The position numbers and the translations under genes are program-made. A DNA stretch of 64,000 nt from Takakia lepidozioides (taxonomy: Eukaryota > Plantae > Bryophyta). Within the stretch, counting starts at the first letter, position 1. Every line of letters begins with the position of its first letter. Of this stretch, positions 1 through 12,783 are shown piece by piece. The notes below the pieces were generated by a model that worked only from the letters and a program-made list of their open reading frames with translations, was not told the origin of the DNA and did no database searches. The DNA is taken from contig CM060732.1 of assembly GCA_030704615.1 (NCBI GenBank), positions 61,690,001-61,754,000 on the forward strand, written 5' to 3'.

Positions 1-107
1 GGACTTAGACACTTATACGGGATCTGTAGGGTACCCTTAATTTTTGCACAGACTGAGACCAACAGGAGCCTTAGGGGTGACAGCAGCGCACTGTAGAGGG
101 GGGTTAC

Positions 108-315
108 ACACACACACAGTCGTCACAGCCCGTCACAGTCGTCACAGCTTACACAGCCAACACAGCCCGTCACAGTCGTCACAGCAGACACAGCCGATAC
201 AGCCACACAGCCACACAGCCAGTCACAGCCCGACACAGCCAAACACAGTCGCACAGCCAGTCACAGCCCGTCACAGTTTCACACAGCCAGTCACAGCTTG
301 ACACAGCGGTCACAT
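108..315. repeat. Low-complexity tandem repeat (CACAG-based, roughly 9-10 bp units)
   Basis: Repeated gtcacagcc/cacagtc units are directly visible; the ORF at 44-301 is just their translation. Confidence 0.85.
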
Positions 316-1040
316 CATAAGGAACGAAGAGTAGGACAGGGAACGACTGTGGGGAACAACACCTGCGAAGGGAACATGTTAGTTCACAGACAACGGTTAG
401 CGAGGGAAACGGTTAGAACCGCGGAGAGGAAGATAAAGGGAGAAACGGGGAGATGAGGATCATTATTCGGAGGAGGACTTCTTAGTCAGGCTGGAGCGGA
501 GATCGGAAGCAAAAGATGGAGAGCACGGTGAAGGAGGAAAGAGGATTAGTAGATGCTTGTTATATGCAAAGCTGTAGTGATATTGTAGAGCAGATTAGAG
601 ACATAATGGCTTCGGCCTGATACCTGATAAATCATAATCTGATACTTATACGATACAATCACACTGTGTAGAGAGATCTGAGTGAAGCTGTGGATTGAAT
701 GGATGAGTGAAGGAAACCGATAGATTGATGAAGCAAACTGATACTTAATTATCAATGGTAAGGTAGCTAAGATGAATGCGGAAAGGGAAACAAATAGGAA
801 ACACCCCCATGATACACTAGCTGTAGGTCATGACTGATTGTTCTGCGCGGGCTGAGTACTTAGAGATTTCCAACTCTTCTATCTTGGAGTTTCCGCCTCG
901 GATAGCGAAGGGATGGGTGAGTAAAAGCCGCGCGACAGGGGATCCAATTTCAAAACCTAAGAAGGCGCCAGTAAGTTTTCTCTAACTTACATTTCATTGT
1001 TGAAGATCTGCGTAGAGATTGAGTGGAATGTCCCAGACAG

Positions 1041-1674
1041 GGATTGTCGCTACCGACCATCACAACGGTGATTTGCTTTCTACTCCTCTGCTAAGGGTTT
1101 ACCGCACAATGAGTGGGTGACTATCGGTACCGTCATTCACTGTTGTTCAGATCATACAGTGTGTCTGATTGCCTTTCAAGCAGTCCTTCCTCTTCCCTTC
1201 TTTAGCAGGAACATGTGATTGAAGTCTACTGAATTGCGAGCGTCGTTAACGCCATTCGATTCTCCTCATGAGATTTATGTACCTATGTGTTTGAAGAGAG
1301 AGTGAGGGTCGGCATACCGTCAATCATCGTTGTTCAGATCATACAGTCTGATTGCCTTTCAAGCAGTCCTTCATCTTCCCATGCTGGCGACGGTAATCAC
1401 AATGGAGTTAATCTGAATAATCTGCACTTATTGTCCGCCCTAAACTATACTGAATGTCGTTGCCGCCAATCACTGACACATAGATATCATTACACAACAC
1501 CGATCCGGTAGGTCCTTATCTTTTGCGATTGTCGTTAACGCCGTTCGCTATCGCTCTCGCTTTTGTTTTGAATACGGCAGGATCAGCTTTGCTTGTGTAG
1601 ATTGTGCTGAATTGTTTCACACCATTCATAGTGAGTTTCTTGGAGACAGAGTGATGGTCGTTACCGCCGTTCAC
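1041..1674. repeat. Array of degenerate 24-bp palindromes (consensus GTGAATGTCGTTAACGACATTCAC) in putative intron 1 of copy 1
   Basis: Variants at about 1041, 1117, 1236, 1302, 1451, 1525 and 1651 (e.g. gtgactatcggtaccgtcattcac, gtgatggtcgttaccgccgttcac). Confidence 0.75.
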
Positions 1675-3529
1675 TATTTGCAAATTACTCAGTCAGAATT
1701 AAATGGCATCGTGCAGAAAACTGTGAGGTCGAAGCCTACAGGATCAGAGGGGAAAGGATCTGGAGATGGGGACGAGTCCGGAAAAAGCTCAGAGAATACA
1801 GATGAAGCAGATGAATCTGAAGTGCACTACCTTGACAAGGTGAAAGAACTCATGTCATTCCAGAAGGTAAACTCTCAGGAGGTTATAAGGGACATGCTCG
1901 TATCTGGAGGGCGTCTGGACATCCCTCTGTGCCAGATGATATCTATGCCTGTTGTGCGTCCACCTCTTTCCCATGACATAACAAAATTGGATAGTGATTT
2001 TGTGCATGGATATAGACTTGGTGCACAAGTTTTTTATGTGTCACTAACGGATATAAATGGGAAAAGCACATTAGTGTCTCTAGAGATCAGTGATAACTGG
2101 GATGAGTGCTGGAAAGATGCCAATGAGGAGTTCGAGCTGGGCCTCATGATGGGAAAGAGCACCCAGCAATTCTGCAACCACATGTTTTACGTCTGGGACG
2201 GCAACCACCGATTGCTGGCATGGATGGGATACATTCATAAACACCATGCGAAAGACAAAGACAAGCATGTTGCTGTGGAGGCAATGGTTTTGGATCCTGG
2301 AAACGACATCGCTAGGCTTCTTACAGCTATGCACGACGTGAACAAGTAAGTCATCCAGGAGATTTCATTCCCTCTGTAGTGTCTTATTAATCCCCAAAAA
2401 ACAGTGTTAAGGAATGCAATGTTTCCAATGTTTTTGCAGATCGACAGAGAAATCGCATGTGACAACAAGCTTGGTCCACACACTATTCCGAATTCAGAGG
2501 ATTGGTCTGATGAAGCTGGATGATTTTCGGACAGTACTCCCACCCAATATAATCAAGAAGTGCGAAACAGGAAGAACTGCAGGCACTTGGTATTCTTTGA
2601 CACGAGAGGCGTTTCTGGAGTACATGTATGCGGTAAGCCCGAGTCTGTACTCAGTTTACTTTTCGAATACATGTTTGTAGTCCCTTCGGTGCTAATCACT
2701 ACTTGAATCAATGCAGCAAGAACTGGCAGAGGCAGCTGAGAAGGGAAAATCTGAATATTACCGCACTACACTAGAGGAACTAAGGACATCAAAGGGTGTG
2801 GGAGCTGCAATAAAGAAAGAGTTTGAAATGCGAAGAACCAAATTGATGTCCGCCTTCAGAAAGTAGCTTAGAATAGTAGATCTTGGACTTGGTTCTGAGT
2901 TCCTTCAGCAGATCAAAACACACTATGACAAGCATGTGCATCCGGAGATGCAGCAGGAGAAATTGCACCTGCTGGCCATATCAATGGTCGACCCACAAAC
3001 AAAAATAAGGTGGCTGGAGATATGGAACTCAGATCAAACAGTAAAGGACTTGCATCAGTTCGAGCACCATACAGCCTGACACAAAGGTGGAAAGAATCAG
3101 TGATTTGGTGTTTGATAACTGGCTCCACAAGGCTACATTTTGGAGTCAGGTGTGTATTCAAACATGCCGTTTTCTTCTCTTCAAGTATGTGATGAGTATC
3201 TTATTTGCAATTCTGACAAATATTCCTATTGCAGCTCGAAAAGCGCGCCGTCATTGTGCTGGATCAAACTTTGAAGGACCTGAATATTTCGATTGTTTCC
3301 CCTCCCCAAATGTCATTGGAGGCATACATAAGGAAGTGAAGAGGTCTCACCTGGAGATACTGTTTTTTCCGGGAGTTCTCCAAAGATGGTAACATTTTAC
3401 GGTCCAACGACTTTGACAGTCAGGTTGGAGGAGAGTGGGCCATGATGCGAGTTGTGTACAGGTGCAATGTCATACTTGAAACTCTACTGTTTTTTTTGGG
3501 AAAAAATGTGGCTTCATAAGGATTGCAAT

Positions 3530-4290
3530 CATAGATCCAGATTGAATGTCGTTGACGACATTCACTTCTTTGTCTGAGTCATTCTTAAGCGAGTATATGA
3601 ATTCACCTGGTTAGGATCTAAGGGTGTAATTATAGTGTCCCTGATTAGAATTGATAATGTCCTTGAATGGCGTTGACGACATTCACATCCGGAGTTGTTG
3701 AGAGGTCCTGAGAGTTATGTAAATTTTTGTAATGTCCATAGAGTTTAGAGTGAGGGATCGTCACTTCATTTTGCTGAATGTCAATGCAGACATTCAGTTG
3801 TTCTGCATTGTTTTTGCCTCTTGCGAGGAATCTTGAGGCTTGATAAGCTCTGTTATGAGAAATCCAAAGTGAATGTCGTTGACGACATTCACTTCTGTGT
3901 CTGTATTATTCACCAGCGACAATTTGAATTTACATGGATTGGGAGCTAAGTAATTGGTTCCTTGTTGGTATTTTTGTGAATGGCGTTGACGTCATTCACA
4001 TACAGTGTTGTTGTGAGGTCCTCAGTGATATGTTCGTTATGAATGTGCATTGAGTTTTCCGGGAGGGTTCCTTACTTGAGTTTATGATTTCCATCCTTTG
4101 ATTTTGCTTCATTTGAGGAATAATTAGGCTTGATTAGGAGTGTATTCACAAATCCAAAGTGAATGTCGTTGACGACATTCACTTCTATGTCTGTGTCATT
4201 CCAAAACGATAGTTTGCATTCACCTGGATTAGGGTGTATTTACAGTATCATTGAATGGAATGTTTTGAATGGACATTCACATCTGGAGCA
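3530..4290. repeat. Intronic tandem repeat (three units of about 290-330 bp) bearing TGAATGTCGTTGACGACATTCA palindromes
   Basis: Palindromes at 3543, 3664, 3774, 3867, 3975 and 4157 inside intron 3462-4421. Confidence 0.9.
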
Positions 4291-6299
4291 GTCGTGTGGT
4301 CCTGAAAGGTCATTGGAGCAGTTCTCAGAGCCATTTCATTCTATGTTTTTTTCATTCTGTTCTACTTGCATCTTACTCACTGAACGCTTTGGTGGGTTGG
4401 GATTTATCTCCTTTTTTTCAGGTACACGAAATATGTGCTTATGGAAGGAAATCATCTGAGCGGAATTCCAGACTATCTTGACATGTGGTCGGACCCTGCA
4501 AACGATCCAACCATGTATACTGCAGGGATGGCTGTCGATGATGCAGAGTCGAAAGAGAGGATACACTGGGGTGCCTTCGCCTACCTGGGAAAATATAATC
4601 TCATTCCTCAATCTGGTGAGAATTCCAGTTTCTTTCCTTTTTCTCTGAAAGTTGCGTAGGCAGTATTTCAGTCTCGTTCTTTGAAAACATTCTTGCCATC
4701 GTTCTTATAAAAAACATGTCTGTTGCAGGTGAGCACAGGTCCCACCTTCGTGTGCGGTGTGCAGAAAACTTATGCGGCCGACATTGTCATTCTCGACATC
4801 CCGGATGGCCAGGCTGTGCCAAAAGTTCTTCCAAAGGGCAAGACGCCAGGCTGGAACAAATTCGAGGACAACTACTGGAGTTGGGTGTTCGGGTTCTGTA
4901 ATAACTTCCTCTCTAATGCAGGGACACTTCTGCTTTTTCAGTCATGTGACAATGATAGTCGTCGGGCATTGGCATCATACCTCAAGTCTTCAGGGTTTGA
5001 AGTTTTGCGCACATGGAGTTGTGAAAGGGGGTTTCCCTGGTCAGCTGGTATGCCATCTCCCTTCTGCTTGTGCTTTCATGATGAGTTTCAATGTTCTCTG
5101 CAGCTCCACTCTAGTAGAATCTGTTATGATCGACACCGATCATCACCGATTCGTGATAAAAATGATTTTTTTGTGTCTGAGTTCTAAATAGCTGATGTAC
5201 ACACTTCCACTATAGATTGTGTTTACCACACTAACCTGCTATCTTTGGCAGACGAGGATGTTCGAGGCGATCTGCCTGCGCATGATTCGCACCTCCAAGA
5301 CACCATCCTCCATCCGCAGCTTTGAGATTTCTGACCAGGGTTGTTTCGTCAACCCCCCCTATGAGCCCCATGTCGATGACATTTTGTACAACTTCATGCA
5401 GTCCAGTCAGACTCTGAAGAGACCAGATGGCACTCCCTGGAGAGGTGCAAAGGAAAAGTCCCCAGCGTTCATGCAAATACTGCTGGAGTCATGCAGCCAC
5501 CACTCTGCACGGGTGGTCGATCTTTCTGTGTCCACAGGTTCGTTCTCTCCCTTCCGAATTGGTTTTCTTTCAACAGTTTTATCTGCTTAAATCCCCCCCA
5601 CCAAACTGTTCATGTCCTCCTATGTGGTGCAGGAGCAACTTACCATGCATGCAAGGCAGGCGGAAGAAGCTTTTTTGGCATGGAGGGTGATTCTGACCTC
5701 TACAACACAGTGCTCCTCCCCCTTTTGTTTGGCTCCACTTCAGGCACACAGACTGATCGGATTCAAATTCGAAATGATGACGATCCCGAAGATAAGCAGG
5801 TCGACAACGACTTTTCATGTGAGTATGTGCTAAACCCTCTTTGGGAGCCATACTCAATTTCTCAATAATATCAAAGTTACAGTAATAACTTTTTCAGGCT
5901 GTCTTTCAGGAAAGGCAACGGTGGATCTTCAGGAGATACAGTCATTTCTGGCGAGTCTGTTTTCGACAGCCCCCTTTCCAATTTTCTGCTTCCTGTTTAT
6001 GCCGAAGCAATGGCACTTCACGCGGCCGAGTCCCTATCCCTTGACTTTTTACTGCCCTGCCGTAGGTGTATCCAGCGTGGATCCGGTGTTCTAAAATACT
6101 TAGACTTAGATGCAGAGGAAGCGGGGATACATTGTACTGACTCTGAGTCAGACTGAACTATATTCTTTTAATATTCATTTTCATACTATCTGGAAAACGT
6201 TGAATCCCCTTCCTCCACCGTAGTTGTTCCTTTAGAAAAAATAATAATCACAGAATCAATTTTCATTTAAATTGCAATATGTATGAATCCATCTCACAA

Positions 6300-6650
6300 A
6301 CCTCCCTGACTCTTCTCATATCCATTGTGCATTCATCTACAGTGTATTCATGCGTGCTCCATTCATGATTTTTTTCCTTTGTTCAACATCCATTGTACAT
6401 TCATCCTCTGTACTCTTTAATCCACCCCACAAACCTTCCACACTCATTTCATATACGTTGTGCATTCGTCAAAAGTTTTGGTCATGCATCTTCCTGTCAT
6501 GAATTTTTATCATTGCTCAACATCCATTATACATTCATCCATTTTACTCTTATCCATCCCTCATTCATCCATCTACATTCATTTTTCACAATCATCCATC
6601 TGTTTATCATCCAACTGTACATTCATCCATCCTTTATTCAATGCCTTTTA
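6300..6650. repeat. Low-complexity CATTCATCC-rich subterminal region
   Basis: Recurrent cattcatcc/catccat words between the gene end and the element terminus. Confidence 0.6.
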
Positions 6651-6852
6651 TTATGTCGTCCAGCTTGTTTCCGCGGTAAAGGGTGCCAATCCGTGGGAAT
6701 ACACTCCACTTCTTTCTGGGCGCGTGGTGACGCGGCCTTTACGTGTGATGACGTGGAGTGAGCCCCGTGACGTGGCATTGGCGCAAGGTGACGTGGTGTG
6801 AGCGCAGTTGCGCTCACGCGCTCACGTGACCAGTCTCACGCCGAGGCATCCC

Positions 6853-8700
6853 TGCCACAAATACACCCAACGAGCCAACTTACAGAATTCAATATGCATC
6901 TTAGGGCCGAGTCTGATGAGAGGGCAAAACAGGCTGAAATAGGTCGAAGAAGAAGGTGCCCTCACCACATTGTCCTTGACCTTTGGCATGACCCATGGAG
7001 GATAGCTAACTTACAACATTCAATATGCATCTCAGGGCCGAGTCTGATGAGAGAGCAAAACAGGCTGAAATAGGTCGAAGAAGAAGGTGCCCTCACCACA
7101 TTGTCCTTGAAAATTCAATATGCATCTCAGGGCAGAGTCTGATGAGAGGGCAAAACAGGCTGAAATAGGTCGAAGAAGAAGGCGCATGCAGGTTTCTGGT
7201 AGCTAGTGATCCACAAGGAATCATGCGTAATCTTGTGCTTCAAATCTGGCCCTCCAAACCACCACAGATACACCCAACGAGCTAACTTTCAGAATTCAAT
7301 ATGCATCTCAGGGCCGAGTCTGATGAGAGGGCAAAACAGGCTGAAATAGGTCGAAGAAGAAGGTGGCCTCACCACATTGTCCTTGACCTTGTGGCATGAC
7401 CCATGGAGGATTTGACCATCAACCCAAAATGACCCCTTGTGTGTGTCGCTTGTGTCTGTAGTCAGGTGATGTCGGATTGGTCTGCGAGAACCACCACGGT
7501 GCAACTGAGATTGAAACACGGCCTGCTAAGACCGAGCTGACTCTCCCAAGAGGGCAAAACATGCTGAAATAGGTCAAAGAAGAAGGTGCCCTCACCACAT
7601 TGTCTTTGACCTTGTGGATGACCCATGGAGGATAGCTAACTTACAGAATTCAATATGCATCTCAGGGCCATATGATGGGAGGGCAAAACAAGCTGAAATA
7701 GGTCGAAGAAGAAGGTGCCCTCACCACATTGTCTTTGAAAATTCAATATGCATCTCAGGGCCGAGTCTGATGAGAGGGCAAGACAGGCTGAAATAGGTCG
7801 AAGAAGAAGGTGCCCTCACCACATTGTCCTTGACCTTGTGGCATACACATAGCTGGTCTCCGAGTTAGCCAACGCCCACACCTTGATGCCCCACTTGCAT
7901 GGCTTCTTAGGCATATACATCCTAATCGCATAGTATTTCCCCTCTCTCCAACCAAGAATAGAGGATTTGACCATCAACCCAAAAGGACACCTTGTGTGTG
8001 TTGCTTGTGTCTGTAGTCAGGTGATGTCGGATTGGTCTGCGAGAACCACCACGGTGCAGCTGAGCAGGCATAGATTGAAACACGGCCTGCTAAGACCAAG
8101 CTGACTCTCCCAAGAACCTTGTAAACATAGTCAGGAAGAATATCAAATCAACGACACATGGGAGTTATAGATGCTGCCAGGGGACGTAAGGTGATGAAAT
8201 GCAAATGGGTATTCAAGATAAAATACAAGGCCAAGAAGGTGCCCTCACCACATTGTCCTTGACCTTGTGGATGACCCATGGAGGATAGCTAACTTACAGA
8301 ATTCAATATGCATCTCAGGGCCGTCTGATGAGAGGGAAAAACAAGCTGAAAGAGGTCAAAGAAGAAGGTGCCCTCACCACATTGTCCTTGAAAATTCAAT
8401 ATGCATCTTAGGGCCAAGTCTGATGAGAGGGCAAAACAGGCTGAAATAGGTCGAAGAAGAAGGTACCCTCACCACATTGTCCTTGACCTTGTGGCATGAC
8501 CCATGGAGGATTTGACCATCAACCCAAAAGGACCCCTTGTGTGTGCTGCTTGTGTCTGTAGTCAGGTGGTGTTGGATTGGTCTGCGAGAACCACCACGGT
8601 GCAGCTGAGCAGGCATAGATTGAAACACGGCTTGGTAAGAGAGTGCTGACTCTCCCAAGAACCTTGTAAACATAATCAGGAAGAATATCAAATCATGGTA
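6853..8700 (+). repeat. Complex tandem amplification of a Copia internal segment
   Basis: An ~95-bp module (aattcaatatgcatctcagggccgagtctgatgagagggcaaaacaggctgaaataggtcgaagaagaaggtgccctcaccacattgtccttga) recurs about 8 times in full plus partial copies. It is interleaved with a longer module and a Copia RT start (GRKVMKCKWVFKIKYKA near 8182-8232). Confidence 0.85.
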
Positions 8701-9805
8701 CTAACAGGAGCCAAGAGCCCACATGTGCAGGATGGACAAACTTCTTCACATCGTGCATTAAGAAAAAACCACACCGTGTGATTGTGGCCTCCATGAAAAT
8801 CCGCAGAGAAGCTTGAGACCAGCTCGAGAACTCATTTTTGGTTTTTTCGGGCAGTCCGGGCAGATTCCAAACAAAACGACGACGATGACGTGGCTATGAT
8901 GATGTGGCTATGACGAAACGTGGCGACGATGACGTGGTACTACTCTACGCTAAACTAGCTTCCGACCTTCGGTCGTTGCTAGAATCTCATGGAGGTGCAA
9001 AATATTTTCCGACCTTCATTGATGATTTTTCCAAGAAAGTATTATTGTACACAATGCAAAACAAGTTTGGAGTTCTCGATAGGTTCAAAGTGTTCAAAGC
9101 TTTGGTGGAGAATCAAACTAGAGAAAAGATCAAGACAATTCAATATAATGGCGGTGGAAAATACATCTCCAAGAAGTTTGATAAAGGAGAATGGTATTGT
9201 GAAACAAACAACCACACCATACACTCCGCAGCAAAACAGAGTTGTAGAGAATAAGAATCGAACATTTGTTGAGGTAGGACCATTGTTTTTGGGCACAAGT
9301 AGAGGCGATTGCAGCATACCTCCATAATCGAGTTCCTACCAATGCGATCTCTACAAAGATACATGAAGAGGTTTGAAAGGGTGAGAACCCTTCAATTGAT
9401 CATTTGCACGTCTTTGGAATTGTTGCGTTTGCTCGTGTTCCAAAAGAGGTAAGGAAGAAGTTGGATGCAAAAGCAATCTACATTTGCTATATCCTCAACT
9501 GCGGCAGAATATATGGCTGCATCTCAAGCTACAAGACAAGCATTGTGGTTATCATCATTTCTTTCAAGTATTGATCATCCACAAAGAGATACATGGCCAT
9601 ATGTGATGGCAACCTAAGGTGTATGGCTCTCTAAAAGAATCTGACTTTTCATGCTCGCACAAAGCACATTGAGATTCATCAGCATCTAATGGTGTATTGC
9701 AATACCAACAACATGGTTGCAGACATATTGACAAAAGGGCTTAGTATTGAACAACAAGAACGCTTTCGAGGCTTGAGGGGAGTAGTTAAATGTTTAACCT
9801 ATTAA
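8700..9805 (+). mobile_element. Degenerate Ty1/Copia pol fragments (integrase, RNase H end)
   Basis: ESHGGAKYFPTFIDDFS, TTPYTPQQN, HARTKHIEI and NMVADILTKGL motifs with frameshifts and deletions; PPT gagtgggga at 9812-9820. Confidence 0.85.
8800..8982 (+). mobile_element. Short insertion with Helitron-like ends, interrupting the Copia integrase
   Basis: Interrupts the CGPMK/ESHGG integrase motif. Begins TC and ends with hairpin CGACC-TTC-GGTCG followed by CTAG; the 3' flanking base is A rather than the canonical T. Confidence 0.4.
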
Positions 9806-9820
9806 CTCGTTGAGTGGGGA

Positions 9821-10376
9821 TGTTGAAAATCAACTCCTTATCAAGTTATTTCTATTCAAAGTTATTGTGATGACAAGTCAAAGTGCAATAATAGCAATGT
9901 TGACATGTCATAGTTAATAGCAGTGATAAGCCTCAGTTAGCTTGAGTTAGCAATGACTCAAGTTAGAATATCAAAATAGCAATAGAGATATGAAAGCCAG
10001 TGACTAAATTTGCAATGACTCCTGCAACGTAGAGGGCTATTTGAGCAATGCTGGAATTCCCCACACTTTCTAGCATGATGTCAATGGCAGCTCGAATTCA
10101 GTAGTCAGTTGCCTCAAACTAAATTGTTGTTAGTTGTGCTTGGTCACCATGGCAATTTTTGGCCTGAGCCTGAATCACCCTCACTGTAAGTTTAGGATCC
10201 AAAGTCCTTCTCTGGATTTTTAGAGTTCCTTTCCTTCTTTATAAGTATCATTAAATTTCATTTCTTTGTTGTCCTGTTCCAGAAGATCCTTTTCTTTCAT
10301 CTACAGGAGGCACTCCGCCGTGGTTCCATATTTGAATGATTCTTCATTTGCACAGTCATTATTACTCTTTTCAACA
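9821..10376 (+). mobile_element. Copia 3' LTR
   Basis: Follows the PPT; bounded by a 9-bp inverted repeat TGTTGAAAA...TTTTCAACA. Confidence 0.8.
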
Positions 10377-10582
10377 CTGGTTTTTTGTGCTCTGTGTCCA
10401 TTCGGTCTCTGGGCCTGACCTAAAGTTGATAGAAGCTGATCGGACGTGACACCTAGAAAATACCAATTATATTAAAACCGTAGTTTGGTAAATCTTTGAA
10501 CCAATTGGGTAAAACATTGAAAACAAATATCAATATCAAGAAGTGTTTTTTAATCAAGATGATCACTTTTTATCAAGACAAC

Positions 10583-11610
10583 TAGGGTAGCCTATGCCGT
10601 TGGCCCAAGTATCCAATGTCATCTAAGCCCAAGTGCAAGATCTCTTTCGTATCCCAGTGTGTCTCCTATGTCGAGGCCCAAGTGCGACCTCTAGGGTAGC
10701 CTTTGCCGTTGGCCCAAGTGTCTAGTATCATCTAAGTCCAAGTGCATCTCCTATTTCGAGGCCCATGTGTGAAGAATTGAATTTAAGTCCAAGTGCAATC
10801 CCCTATGTATCCAAGTGCATCTCCTATGTCAAGTCCAAGTGTGAAGAATTGAAATCTAGGCCCAAGTGCAATCTCCTATGTATCCAAGTTCTCCCATGTA
10901 GAGGCCCAATTGCGATCTCCAGTGTCCAATGTCACCATCTAAGTCCAAGTCCAATCCCCTATCTAATCAAATTTCTTTTCTAGACCTTCCCTTGATATCT
11001 CTCCTCTGTCGAGGCTCCTCTCATTGTCCCAAGAAAGCCCACTTTTCTATTTTCACGAATTTTTTGCAACCAAAAGTACCTGAAATTCCATATGTCCCAC
11101 ACTGCAGGTCCAAAAATCATGAGACCAAGCCGGTGCACTCCTCCTCATTGAGGGCTTTCCAACGGTACCAAGCACCAGCGTTGGGGCCCCTCAGTTTGGG
11201 ACCCCCTCGGTTTGGGACATCTCCACGTGACAAAACAAACAAACAAACAAACAAATCGCCTTGCTTCATATTGTAGCCAGTGCTGTTGGCCAAGTGTCCA
11301 ATGTCATCTAAGTCATCTAAGTCTATGACCAGATTTGAACAGGAGACCTTTCCCTTGATATCTCTCCTCTCGAGGCTCCAACCTTTGTCCTAGGAATGCC
11401 CACTTTGCTATTTTTCCCGAATTTTTGACGACCAAAAGTACTTGAAATTCCACATCTCCCACACCGAACGTCCAAAAATCATGAGACCAAGCCGGTGCAC
11501 CCCTCCTCATCGAGGGCTTTCCAACGATACCAAGCACCAGGGCTGGGCCTGCGGTTTGGGACATCTCAACGTGACAAAACAAACAAAACAGACGTCTCGC
11601 TTCATATATT
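10583..11610. repeat. CCAAGTG-rich tandem repeat plus two related ~270-300 bp direct copies (10981-11275, 11345-11610)
   Basis: Repeated (gg/ag)cccaagtg and gtccaagtg words. The two copies share ccttgatatctctcctct...gagaccaagccggtgcac...tttgggacatctc..cgtgacaaaacaaacaaa. Confidence 0.7.
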
Positions 11611-12026
11611 GATTTTTTTTTAATCAAGACAATAAAAATAAATAATGAGAAACTAAATGATGAAAAATAAAAATAAAAATAAAAATAATGAGCAATGGAA
11701 AAGATATAAACAATCGGCTTCCGAAGAGAAAAATACAGAAAAGAGGGTTCAATTCCACCTCACTTCTTGGGCATAGATAAATGTAGTTGCATCAAACAAT
11801 GAAATACGGAGATGTGACATGATAGCTTTGACAATTCTCTGCCATTCTTCTTCCGAAAAACACTGTCATACGGGATGTATGTATATAACACCATGGGGGT
11901 GACCCACCCCGCTTTCTGTGAAAATTGAATGTAATTCTCAAAATTCGTCGCTAGTAAGTGGGGAGCAACGCGAAGCCCTAGTTAAAATCCTACGTAAAAC
12001 ACAACTATTTAATAGCGGCACATTGG

Positions 12027-12243
12027 GTGGTAGCTTAGCTGGTAAGTGCACAGTGTGTTGCCCTAGTGGCTCGGGGTTCAAACCCGCTGCCCTGCCCCTT
12101 GTGTTGGATTGTTCGTGACTGTATGTCTGGGCGTTGATCATCATGTAGGTCTCATTGCCCATAAATGAAAGGGGGTTAATTTTTCCCCCTCCTCAAGGGC
12201 CTGCATTATGGGCTGTCACTCCCAGGTTTCTTTTCTAAAAAAA
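12027..12243 (+). mobile_element. tRNA-derived SINE-like element
   Basis: Box A TAGCTTAGCTGG (~12030) and box B GGTTCAAACC (~12075) at tRNA-like spacing, unrelated body, A-rich tail; no full cloverleaf. Confidence 0.55.
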
Positions 12244-12783
12244 CATTTTGTAAGAAAAATGAAACACTAATTTTAGTATTATATTATTATAAAAAGAAGT
12301 ACTTCTCTAACGAAACTACTTCAAAATATGTGCTCATGTGAGCATAAGGAATTTCGTGGGCCAAAAAACCCCCAAAAAAACCCGAAAATGCAGTATTTCA
12401 CCACCGAAACTACTTCAAAATTTGTACTCACAAGAGGACAATGAGTTTCATTGGTGAAACAAACCAGAAAAAAAAAAAAAAAAAACAAACAAACATCAAA
12501 AAGATAGTTTCGCATGAGCACAAATTTTGAAGTAGTTTCCCAATTTTGTAGCATGAGCGCACGCTACCCCACCTCTCATATATGAAGTTTTCATCTTGAC
12601 AGGAGGACGTACCTTAGGTCTGGCGAAAGACGAGTAGGATTTTACAGAATTCCTAGGGGGGTGGCGGGGCGAGGGGAGGGGGGCCACATTGGTGTTTGTT
12701 TTTCTTACGCCAGTGAAGGGCAGTTGATGAGGCCCTTCATCCTTTTTGAAATGCGTGAATTGGGGCGCTTCCCCTATACTTAA

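Larger units (their letters stand above)
913..6156 (+). pseudogene. ParB/Srx-fold + beta-class amino-DNA-methyltransferase-like fusion gene, copy 1 (multi-exon, disabled)
   Basis: Exons include 1717-2345 (LDIPLCQMISMPVVRP...FYVWDGNHRLLAW), 2440-2632 and later exons with DIVILDIPDG and WRGAKEKSPAFMQILLESCS...VVDLSVSTG|ATYHACKAGGRSFFGMEGD; the last exon ends at TGA 6154-6156. Intron positions and phases match copy 2. In-frame stops at 2864 and 3337, a frameshift near 3080, and a probable one in the putative first exon (913-970). Confidence 0.85.
1..6852. mobile_element. Right-hand part of a MULE-family element carrying a ParB-like/DNA-methyltransferase-like gene (copy 1); left part lies outside the window
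   Basis: Contains a homologue of the accessory gene of the complete element at 29674-41496. Ends ...GAGGCATCCC at 6852, directly followed by Copia-derived sequence. This terminus matches the terminus at 28338 (42/66 nt ungapped). No transposase or TSD is visible in the window. Confidence 0.6.

Noticed and set aside
12027-12090. Functional tRNA gene (also similar boxes near 25605, 34550 and 40915)
   Set aside because: Box A/B present but no complete cloverleaf or acceptor stem; better explained as SINE heads.
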